Source: Fibrobacter succinogenes subsp. succinogenes S85
GTDB taxonomy: Bacteria > Fibrobacterota > Fibrobacteria > Fibrobacterales > Fibrobacteraceae
NCBI RefSeq assembly: GCF_000146505.1
Contig: NC_017448.1
Location: 3,480,001 to 3,512,000, forward strand
Reading direction: 5' to 3'
Length of the DNA stretch: 32,000 nt
Shown here: positions 25,221 to 32,000 of the stretch, piece by piece
How the letters are laid out: each line of letters begins with the position of its first letter
How positions within the stretch are numbered: position 1 is the stretch's first letter
Notes under the pieces: model-generated
The model's input: the letters and a program-made list of their open reading frames with translations, nothing else
Databases searched by the model: none
Told to the model about the DNA's origin: nothing
Made by a program: the position numbers and the translations under genes

Positions 25221-27080
25221 ATGGGTATGTTTTCTAAGTTTTGGCAGGGCGTTGTTGCGACTTCGATGATTGCGGCTCCACTTGCAATGGCTAAGGTTAC
25301 AATTTATATGCTTGGCGATTCCACCATGCAGGACTGGGCTGATGGTTATTATCCCAAACAGGGCCAGGGCCAGGATTTTCATTACTGGTTCGATGTAAAC
25401 AAGGCGGCAGTGGTGAACCGTGGACAGGGCGGCATGTCGCTTGGTGGCGGCGGTAAGGACAAAAAGGGTAACACCGCGGTCGGCTATTACGACATGTTCT
25501 TTAAAAAGGGCTGCTCCAATGGTGGTTGCATTGCGGACAAGTTGCAGGCTGGCGACTATGTCGTTGTCCAGTTCGGAATTAACGACGTGAACTACAGCAC
25601 GGAAGACTTCTTTGCCTCCAACATGAAAAAGCTTGTGAGCGATGTCAGGGCGAAAGGCGCTTATCCGATTATCATGAGCCCGATTCGTCGCTTGTACTAT
25701 GATTCTCCAACGCAGATCCATAACAGCTATCGTGGCTACCCGGCTCTTAACCAGAGCCTTGCAACGGAATTGAACGTTCCGTTTATCGATATGAGCGAAA
25801 TGGTCGCGAACTACATGATTTCTGTGGGCGAACGCTATTCGGCACAGTTTATCTTCAACTATGCTACAAAATCTGAATATAGCAACTTGGGCAGTGACCA
25901 GACGGACCAGGTGCATTTACAGATGAATGGTGCGAATGCCTTTGGACGTATCATTACAGAACAGATGCGCGCCCACAAGGATCCGATTGTGAAAAAACTT
26001 GGCGACTACATGGCGCCTATGTACCAGGTAGATGTCAAGGTGAGCCCGGAAGGCGCTGCCGAAGCGACTTCTCTTAGCGCTTACTACCCGAAGGGCATGA
26101 CGGTTATGCTCAAGACCATTCCGAAGTCCGGCAAAAAGTTCTTGGGCTGGTATGACGGTAACGGCAACAAGGTCGGCGCCCCGAGCCGCTCCAATGTAAA
26201 GTCTCCGTACATCCACACGTTTGTCATGGGTTCTGCATCGACGCAGTTCACTGCAGTGTATGAAGGCGGTACCGCTCAGAAGTACACGGGCGATGGCAAG
26301 GCTTTGACTGCATTCCCGACAACGACCCCGAAGAGCCTTGACGATGTGACGTTTGAACCGTTCACGCCGATTGATGGCAGTCAGGAGACAGAAACCAAGG
26401 TGGATAAGGATATCAAGAAATTCTTTGACGCAAGTAAGCCGGATACTGCAGGAATTGGCTGGACCCAAACGGAATGGACTGGCTATATTGGCGATGGCTA
26501 TTTCAACTTGGATAACACGAACGTGTCGTTTGCAAGTTACAAGGTGAAGTTCCCCGGTGCAGGCTACGTGACGCTTGCTGTGCGTTACGCCAATGGCGGT
26601 TCTACAGACCGTATGTTCAATGCCTACCTTGACCACGACTACTATTTGAGCGCCCCTCCGACAGGTGGCTGGGACAAGTGGGATACTGCTTACGTTGTGA
26701 TGGATGCGCCGCAGGGCGAAGCCGAACTCAAGTTTATGTCGGTGACTTCTGATGGTGCTCCGAACCTTGATGCGTTTGGCTTTAACCTAGATGGTGTCTG
26801 CCGTGTTGGTGTGGATTGCAAGGATGCTAAGGATTCAATTCCGACATCGCTGCAAGGTATCAAGATGGCGGCTAGAGCAAAGCTCCTTGGCGATAAGCTT
26901 TTGCTTCCGGAACGTGCTGACATAAGCGTGTTCGATATGAGCGGAAGTCTTGTCGTGCGTAAGGCTGTTTTGGCGGGCGAGGTGGATATGTCTTCTCTCG
27001 TGCGTACAAACGGAGTTTACCGCGTTGTTGTTCGCCTGGGTCGTGAAAAGCTTGTTGCGACTTGGGCAAAGGTGAAATAG
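25221..27080 (+). CDS. Rhamnogalacturonan acetylesterase (CE12, SGNH hydrolase) with a Listeria-Bacteroides-repeat-like domain, a CBM35/6-like module and a T9SS-type CTD
   Basis: SGNH blocks 'IYMLGDSTMQDW', 'VVQFGINDV' and 'DQVHL'. CBM region: 'GWTQTEWTGYIGDGYFNLDN...RYANGG...SDGAPNLDAFGF'. Tail: 'ISVFDMSGSLV...GVYRVVVRLGREKL'. The ATG at 25221 follows AAGAGG. Confidence 0.8.
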   Translation: MGMFSKFWQGVVATSMIAAPLAMAKVTIYMLGDSTMQDWADGYYPKQGQGQDFHYWFDVNKAAVVNRGQGGMSLGGGGKDKKGNTAVGYYDMFFKKGCSNGGCIADKLQAGDYVVVQFGINDVNYSTEDFFASNMKKLVSDVRAKGAYPIIMSPIRRLYYDSPTQIHNSYRGYPALNQSLATELNVPFIDMSEMVANYMISVGERYSAQFIFNYATKSEYSNLGSDQTDQVHLQMNGANAFGRIITEQMRAHKDPIVKKLGDYMAPMYQVDVKVSPEGAAEATSLSAYYPKGMTVMLKTIPKSGKKFLGWYDGNGNKVGAPSRSNVKSPYIHTFVMGSASTQFTAVYEGGTAQKYTGDGKALTAFPTTTPKSLDDVTFEPFTPIDGSQETETKVDKDIKKFFDASKPDTAGIGWTQTEWTGYIGDGYFNLDNTNVSFASYKVKFPGAGYVTLAVRYANGGSTDRMFNAYLDHDYYLSAPPTGGWDKWDTAYVVMDAPQGEAELKFMSVTSDGAPNLDAFGFNLDGVCRVGVDCKDAKDSIPTSLQGIKMAARAKLLGDKLLLPERADISVFDMSGSLVVRKAVLAGEVDMSSLVRTNGVYRVVVRLGREKLVATWAKVK

Positions 27081-27193
27081 AATTTAGAACTTAGAATTTA
27101 GAAGTTTCTAGTTCAGAGTTACAAGTTACTAGAATGTATTAAGAATAAATTCACTATTAACTAATAACTAATAACTATTAACTATTAACTAAG
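27081..27193. repeat. Low-complexity, stop-codon-saturated spacer (TAGAA words, then TTAAC/TAATAAC words)
   Basis: aatTTAGAAcTTAGAAtTTAGAAg..., then ctaTTAACTAATAACTAATAACTATTAACTATTAACTAAg. TAG occurs in all three plus-strand frames within 27085-27111. Confidence 0.8.
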
Positions 27194-27217
27194 TTCTGTC
27201 AACTGGTGCTTACTACT

Positions 27218-28966
27218 ATGAAACGAGTATTCAAATATCTTCTTGCTGCCGCTGTTTTCACAGGTGTCGCTGTAAGCGATTCCACCAGTTTTTCGATTTA
27301 CGTGGTGGGCGATTCGACCGTGCAGACGTATAAGGATAACGTCTATCCGCAAACGGGCTGGGGCCAGGTGCTTGGGCATTTCTTTGACGCCTCCCGTGTG
27401 AAAGTCCTTAACTATGCAATCGGTGGCCGTAGCTCTAGAACGTTCATCGAAGAAGGCCGCTTGGACGAGGTCAAGGGAAAGCTCCAAAAGGGCGACTACC
27501 TCTTTGTGCAATTTGGCCATAATGACCGCGACTATTCAAAGGCCGCACGTTATGTGGAACCGTCGAAGTTCTCTGGATTCATCCAACAGTATGTCGATGC
27601 TGGCAAGGGCAAGGGCGCCAATGTCGTCCTCGTCTCTCCGATGAACTTGAACGGTAGCCGCAACGTGTTCTCGACGGGCTCTAACAACTACGATGCCCGC
27701 GGCATGATGCAGACGGTTGCCAAGAACAACAAGATTCCGTTTGTCGATTTGAACATGAAGTCGTACAACACGTATAACAATACGTACAAAGGTATGGGCG
27801 ATTATGTGACCCGCTATCTCTACAAAAAGCTGGAAAAGGGTGAATACCCGAATTTCCCTGATGGTGTGAACGATGGTACGACGCACTTCCAGGAAATGGG
27901 CTCGATGGGCCACGCCCAGATGATTTGCGAAGAGCTTGCAGATAATCTCAAGTCCAACACGAACCTCTCTGCCGATGCAAAGGCTGCGCTTACGACGCTT
28001 GTGTCTGCAATTAAGAAGCGTTATACCATCAAGGTCAAGACGAACCTCTCGAATTACAACGGCCTCATTACGCAGACGCAGTATTTCCCGGCGGGTTCCC
28101 CGATGACGCTCCGCGTGACGCCGAATGGCCAGACGTTTGAAAAGTGGGTCGATGATGACTGCAACGAGCTCTCGAAGAACATGATTTATTACGGCTTCAA
28201 GACGAAGGCCCGTGACATCACATACACGGCGATGTTCAAGGGCGGTGCCGCTTGCACGCCGATTTCTCATGCTTCGGAAGATTCTTACGAAGAAGGTCCT
28301 GGTGGCGGTTCGAGCAGTTCAAGCGGTGAAGTGGAAGTCAAGGAACTTGACGAAGCTCTGTGCTCGCTCAAGGCTGGTACGGATGCTTGGCCGTCAGTGA
28401 TTGACATGGCGGAACCTGAATTTGGAGATGGCTGGACTGAAAAGAATCATGAAGGCTATACTGGCGGCGGTTTCTTCAATCTTGATAATTCTGCCTACAG
28501 CAAGGCCACGTACATGGTGACTTCGGACCAGTCTGCTGAAAAGGCCCGTGTGATGATCCGCTATTCGTTTTCGGGAAGCGCTAATCGCGATATGAAGGTT
28601 ACGGTAGATAATGGCACCTACGATGTGACATTCAAGTCCACCGGAAGCTGGGACAAGTGGGATACGGTCTATATCGACAACGTCTGGGTGGATGCCTTGG
28701 ACTTCAAAGTGATTTTACAGTCGGCGACGGCAGATGGCGGCCCGAATATCGACATGATTGCGTTTGATATGAAGGATGTTTATCGTACTGGTTGCAAGGC
28801 CGCTCGCGAAAATCAGCAGGGACCTGTTTCGATTGTTCCGACAAAACTTGCGACAAAGCCGCGAGCCAAAGGCATCACGGTCAATGCGCTTGGCCAAAAA
28901 GTGCAAAATGTTCGCAATCAGTCGGATTTGCGAAACCTCCCCAAAGGCAACTACTTCCGCTATTAA
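27218..28966 (+). CDS. Rhamnogalacturonan acetylesterase (CE12, RhgT/YesT-like) with a repeat domain, a CBM35/6-like module and a short CTD-like tail
   Basis: 'IYVVGDSTVQTY...YPQTGWGQ', 'NYAIGGRSSRTF', 'LFVQFGHNDR' and 'DGTTHF' match the CE12 blocks. CBM region: 'GWTEKNHEGYTGGGFFNLDN...ADGGPNIDMIAF'. The ATG at 27218 is preferred over the GTG at 27206. Confidence 0.85.
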   Translation: MKRVFKYLLAAAVFTGVAVSDSTSFSIYVVGDSTVQTYKDNVYPQTGWGQVLGHFFDASRVKVLNYAIGGRSSRTFIEEGRLDEVKGKLQKGDYLFVQFGHNDRDYSKAARYVEPSKFSGFIQQYVDAGKGKGANVVLVSPMNLNGSRNVFSTGSNNYDARGMMQTVAKNNKIPFVDLNMKSYNTYNNTYKGMGDYVTRYLYKKLEKGEYPNFPDGVNDGTTHFQEMGSMGHAQMICEELADNLKSNTNLSADAKAALTTLVSAIKKRYTIKVKTNLSNYNGLITQTQYFPAGSPMTLRVTPNGQTFEKWVDDDCNELSKNMIYYGFKTKARDITYTAMFKGGAACTPISHASEDSYEEGPGGGSSSSSGEVEVKELDEALCSLKAGTDAWPSVIDMAEPEFGDGWTEKNHEGYTGGGFFNLDNSAYSKATYMVTSDQSAEKARVMIRYSFSGSANRDMKVTVDNGTYDVTFKSTGSWDKWDTVYIDNVWVDALDFKVILQSATADGGPNIDMIAFDMKDVYRTGCKAARENQQGPVSIVPTKLATKPRAKGITVNALGQKVQNVRNQSDLRNLPKGNYFRY

Positions 28967-28994
28967 AAACGAAAATTCCATTTTTCGTTGGATA

Positions 28995-29034
28995 TTACGT
29001 GAATATCTTCAAAATAAGCTTGATATTCACGTAA
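28995..29034. repeat. Perfect 13-bp inverted repeat TTACGTGAATATC / GATATTCACGTAA (14-nt spacer)
   Basis: Read directly. The left arm sits inside a near-palindrome, GATATTACGTGAATATC (28991-29007). Confidence 0.85.
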
Positions 29035-29056
29035 AATTTTGATGTTGTATGTAGTT

Positions 29057-29086
29057 AAAATCCGCTTGAATGCGGATTTTTGCTTT
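29057..29086 (+). terminator. Rho-independent terminator downstream of the second CE12 gene
   Basis: aaaatccgc-ttgaat-gcggatttt followed by tgcttt. Confidence 0.6.
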
Positions 29087-29180
29087 AAAATGAAAAATTT
29101 TGAGCTTTTAAAGCTTAAAACACTGTCTAAAAGGTGGCGAAAGATACTTTTTGCTGAATTTTTAATAAGTTTGTCTGAAT

Positions 29181-29224
29181 TTTTACGTGAGAAAATCTGA
29201 TAATTCGATATTTTTCACGTAAAA
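29181..29224. repeat. Second inverted repeat with the same core: TTTTACGTGAGAAAAT / ATTTTTCACGTAAAA
   Basis: 15 of 16 positions are complementary, with a 12-nt spacer. It shares the TTACGTGA/TCACGTAA core with 28995-29034. Confidence 0.8.
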
Positions 29225-29277
29225 AATGAACTTTTTTAGATTTTTCAAAAAAAATAACACATTTTTTATAACATAAT

Positions 29278-29321
29278 GTGGACATAAAATTTGCAAAACT
29301 GTGGACAATAATGTATATTAC
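29278..29321 (+). promoter_or_regulatory. Two TGTGGACA boxes (22 bp apart) followed by a TATATTA box, upstream of the TIGR02147-PL1 genes
   Basis: aaTGTGGACAtaaaatttgcaaaacTGTGGACAataatgTATATTAc. Same heptamer as upstream of the PL11 gene. Confidence 0.4.
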
Positions 29322-29429
29322 TATTAGTAACTCTTTCTAATAAAAGGAGATGTCCGATTAAATCGGGCATGACAATCACAAGTTCAGACCTCAAAGGGGC
29401 GAACCCCCGACCTCATAGTTTATAGCCTA

Positions 29430-30371
29430 ATGATCAATATTTTTGAATATCTGAATTACCGCGAATTTTTGAAAGACGCCTACGAAGAGCGCCATGCAAG
29501 CGATTGGCGTTTTAGCCATCGTTTTATTGCCGAAAAAGCGGGCTTCGATTCATCGATGTTCAATAAGATCTTGCAGGGCAAGCGAAACCTGACCGACCGC
29601 ATTGTCGATGTTTTTGCGTCTATCTTTTGCAGTGACGAACGCGAAAAAGCGTACTTTGCAAACATGGTCGCTTTTAACCAGGCGAAAACGCATACTGAAA
29701 GTCGCCAGTTCTTGGAAAAGCTTGTCGCGTCCAAGGAATGCAAGGTGGAAAACTTGGCGAAGGACCAGTTTGAATATTTTGACCATTGGTACCATGCGGT
29801 TGTCCGTGAACTTGTGACTTTTTACCCGTATGTGGGTGACGATGCCGCCTTGGGCCTTATGGTGCGCCCGCCGATTTCTGCAAGCCAGGTCAAGTCTTCG
29901 ATTGCGCTTTTGGAACGCTTGTCGATGATCAAGAAAAACGAGCAAACAGGATTTTATGAACAAACGCAAGGTCTTGTTTCGAGTGGCTTTGAATCGTACA
30001 ATACGGCGGTGAACGCTTACATCCAACAGAATCTGGACGTGGCGCAAACGGCGATGGACCGCTTTGATCGCGGTGAACGCAATCTTTCGACGCTTGCGTT
30101 TGGCTGTGACGAAGCGACTTATAAAGAACTTGTGGAAATGGTGCGCCGCTTCCGTCGCGAAGTGCTTGCTAAAGTAGGTGCGTGTCAAAAGCCGAATCGC
30201 GTTTTCCAGCTCGGCATGCAGCTTTTTCCGCTTTCGGACCCGTATCCGCCACCGCAGAGGCGTGGGCGCAAACGCCGCATTCGCGGTGCCGAAATACAGA
30301 ATGCTTCTCGTGAAATCACGGATGAATCTCGCGAACCTGCCGAAGTTCAAGGGGGCAATCATGAAAACTAG
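29430..30371 (+). CDS. TIGR02147/DUF4423 family protein (Fibrobacter paralogous family; HTH-like N-terminus)
   Basis: 'YREFLKDAYEERHASDWRFSHRFIAEKAGFDSSMFNKILQGKRNLT' matches the family N-terminus as remembered. 313 aa with a basic C-terminal tail. Confidence 0.75.
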   Translation: MINIFEYLNYREFLKDAYEERHASDWRFSHRFIAEKAGFDSSMFNKILQGKRNLTDRIVDVFASIFCSDEREKAYFANMVAFNQAKTHTESRQFLEKLVASKECKVENLAKDQFEYFDHWYHAVVRELVTFYPYVGDDAALGLMVRPPISASQVKSSIALLERLSMIKKNEQTGFYEQTQGLVSSGFESYNTAVNAYIQQNLDVAQTAMDRFDRGERNLSTLAFGCDEATYKELVEMVRRFRREVLAKVGACQKPNRVFQLGMQLFPLSDPYPPPQRRGRKRRIRGAEIQNASREITDESREPAEVQGGNHEN

Positions 30372-32000
30372 TTGGATGACGGTTGCTCAAATGCGCTTGT
30401 TGGCTTTGCTTGGCGTGATTTCTTTTGGCCTTGTGGCTTGTGGCGATGATGGCAAAGTGGCTGGTGGCACCGAAGCCGAATCGACTATTGCTTTGTATGT
30501 TCAAATGGCTGATGGAACGCCTGCGTCTACGGCGCGTGTTCGCATTTTGCCGGACGATTACCTTTCTAGCGGCCCTGCGGAAAATGCTTGGAACGAAACA
30601 GATGAGGATGGGCAAGTCTCGTTTGAAGTCCGTAACGGCCGCTATACCATTGAAGCACGTAACGTGAATAAGTCTGAGGCTTCGGGTGCTGTGCATTCAG
30701 TAGCTCTTGCCAAATCGGATTCCAAAGTTGATACCATCAAGCTTGGCGAGCTTTCGTCTATCGAAGGCTTTGTGCTGCTTGGGGCATCGCCTGTCGTTCG
30801 CGTGGCGGGCATTGATCGCTACGTTGTTCCTGATAGTACGGGCCATTTTGTGATTGATTCGCTTCCGCAGGGGAGTTTTGATGTGCAAATTGGTGAACCT
30901 GAAGAAGTCCATTCAACAGTGGTGCAATCCAATGCGGGGGACACTTTGTTTGTGGATGGTTCCGACACTTCATCGACTATTAAAGTGGTGAAGTCAAAAA
31001 CATCGACGGCAACGGAATATCCCGAAAGCGACTGGAGCGTACACGATGCTTTGCTAAAACAGCTCCAAGGCTATGCCACAGGGACGCTCGGAGCTTCTGG
31101 CCGTACCGATAGCACGGGGAAAATTGAAAAGGCCGAAGGCGAAATTTGCATTGTTACGACAACGGATGATTTGATTGACGTGGTGGATTCTTCAAAAGTG
31201 GATTCGTTGGGAAATTACGGAACTAAGGTCGCCTTGTCCCAGGGCTCTTTCCGTGAATGCGCCGAGAAGGATACTCCAGTCTGGATTCTCTTTGAAAAAA
31301 ATGGAACGTACAATTTGCGTTCGCCATTGCGCATAAAGTCTGATAAAACTGTGGATGGCCGTGGCCGCGATGTGCGCATTACGGGCATGGGCATTTTGAC
31401 TCAGGAATCCTCAAATCTCATTTTCGAGAATTTGACCTTTACCGCACCAGCAATTACGGCACGGGATACGACGAGCCGTCGTGCTCTCTCGATCCACAAC
31501 CGCACGCATCACGTTTGGGTGGATCATTGCACGTTCGAAGAATACCCGCTCATCGAGGTGGATATCAAGCGCAGTTCGTATGCGGTGACGCTCTCGTGGA
31601 ATCGTTTTGAAAATGCGCAGACCGGCATTCTGTTTGGTCTTGAACCGGATATCTTTGTGGATACTGCTCAGACGCTTACGATGCACCACAACTACTTTGC
31701 GAACATGGAAGCTCGCGGTGTGCTTGCACGTCATGGCAAATTGCATGCGTACAACAATTTCTTTTACGATGTAAAACAGGCCGGAATTGAGTGCACCGAT
31801 TCTGCGTCCTGCTACATCTCAAACAATGCGTTCAACATCGAAACGCCGGTTGCTGTGTACCGCCTTGAAAACGAAGACGGTACGCCGGACGAATCAACGC
31901 TTGGCTTTGTTAAAATGGACGGGAATATGTTTGGCCTTGGAGGCGAGGAACTCGCTGGCGATGCCAATGGCTATGAATTGGATTATACAGTGTTAGTGGA
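30361..32000 (+). CDS. Lipoprotein pectate lyase (PL1) with an N-terminal CarboxypepD_reg-like domain; partial, continues past the window end
   Basis: Not in the supplied track. I translated it by hand from the ATG at 30361 to 32000 with no stop. Lipobox 'GLVACG'; 'RVRILPDD...DGQVSFEVRNGRYTIEARN'; PL1 blocks 'KTVDGRGRDVRITG', 'HVWVDHC', 'VTLSWNRF', 'HHNYF' and 'RHGKLHAYNN'. It overlaps the upstream stop by 11 nt. Confidence 0.85.
   Translation, partial: MKTSWMTVAQMRLLALLGVISFGLVACGDDGKVAGGTEAESTIALYVQMADGTPASTARVRILPDDYLSSGPAENAWNETDEDGQVSFEVRNGRYTIEARNVNKSEASGAVHSVALAKSDSKVDTIKLGELSSIEGFVLLGASPVVRVAGIDRYVVPDSTGHFVIDSLPQGSFDVQIGEPEEVHSTVVQSNAGDTLFVDGSDTSSTIKVVKSKTSTATEYPESDWSVHDALLKQLQGYATGTLGASGRTDSTGKIEKAEGEICIVTTTDDLIDVVDSSKVDSLGNYGTKVALSQGSFRECAEKDTPVWILFEKNGTYNLRSPLRIKSDKTVDGRGRDVRITGMGILTQESSNLIFENLTFTAPAITARDTTSRRALSIHNRTHHVWVDHCTFEEYPLIEVDIKRSSYAVTLSWNRFENAQTGILFGLEPDIFVDTAQTLTMHHNYFANMEARGVLARHGKLHAYNNFFYDVKQAGIECTDSASCYISNNAFNIETPVAVYRLENEDGTPDESTLGFVKMDGNMFGLGGEELAGDANGYELDYTVLV

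Noticed and set aside
25206-26636. Two back-to-back minus-strand ORFs (236 and 239 aa) antisense to the first CE12 gene
   Set aside because: These are shadow ORFs with low-complexity Arg/His-rich products. The plus-strand frame carries the SGNH blocks and the CBM.
27536-28270. 244-aa minus-strand ORF antisense to the second CE12 gene
   Set aside because: Same reasoning: the plus-strand frame has clear CE12 motifs and the antisense product is Arg-rich nonsense.
29350-29361. Three-codon mini-ORF (ATG TCC GAT TAA) with a perfect AAGGAG upstream and small hairpins (tgtccgat/atcgggca, gggg/cccc) in the leader of the TIGR02147 gene
   Set aside because: It is too short to distinguish from chance in AT-rich DNA, and there is no supporting conservation data. 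It is recorded only as something to revisit if TSS mapping shows a long leader.
29550-30362. 270-aa minus-strand ORF antisense to the TIGR02147 gene
   Set aside because: Its Arg/Phe/Lys-rich product has no motif, while the sense frame matches a known family and is coupled to the downstream lyase.

Overview
By eye this is a Fibrobacter succinogenes-like chromosome segment (Fibrobacterota). The call rests on three paralogous families characteristic of that lineage: the Fib_succ_major domain (TIGR02145-type, 'TDSRDGQxYKTVxIGxQxWMAENLNY...GWHLP...VRCLKD'), a fibro-slime domain (TIGR02148-type) and a TIGR02147/DUF4423-type protein. No database search was possible, so every family call is motif recognition from memory.

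Gene content:
- Housekeeping genes on the minus strand: gatA, a DUF4321-like small membrane protein, a CDF transporter, ung, a SAM methyltransferase, a divergent uvrA, and yihY followed by a small beta-barrel OMP.
- Secreted and lipoprotein glycan-degrading genes: a GH53 galactanase, a GH18 enzyme, and a pectin/rhamnogalacturonan locus. That locus holds a PL11 lyase, two CE12 acetylesterases sharing a CBM35-like module, and a TIGR02147 protein whose stop overlaps a PL1 pectate lyase lipoprotein that runs off the window end.
- A three-gene surface-protein operon at 15611-19685.

Most notable observations:
1. A visibly AT-rich ~2.2 kb insertion (6835-9012) sits between two diverged copies of the last 12 codons of the galactanase gene. 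It carries two orphan genes with no family I recognise.
2. A second AT-rich islet encodes a Panacea/DUF4065 (PanA-type) antitoxin with an unrecognised 136-aa downstream partner.
3. One Fib_succ_major gene is broken by an in-frame TGA inside a compositionally chimeric, truncated second domain.
4. Non-coding signals recur: TATATTT[G/A] boxes resembling the Bacteroidetes -7 promoter element (two lie only 5 nt from the ATG), TGTGGAC boxes upstream of the pectin genes, TTACGTGA inverted repeats, and stop-codon-saturated low-complexity spacers.

No rRNA, tRNA, CRISPR array, integrase or transposase was seen.
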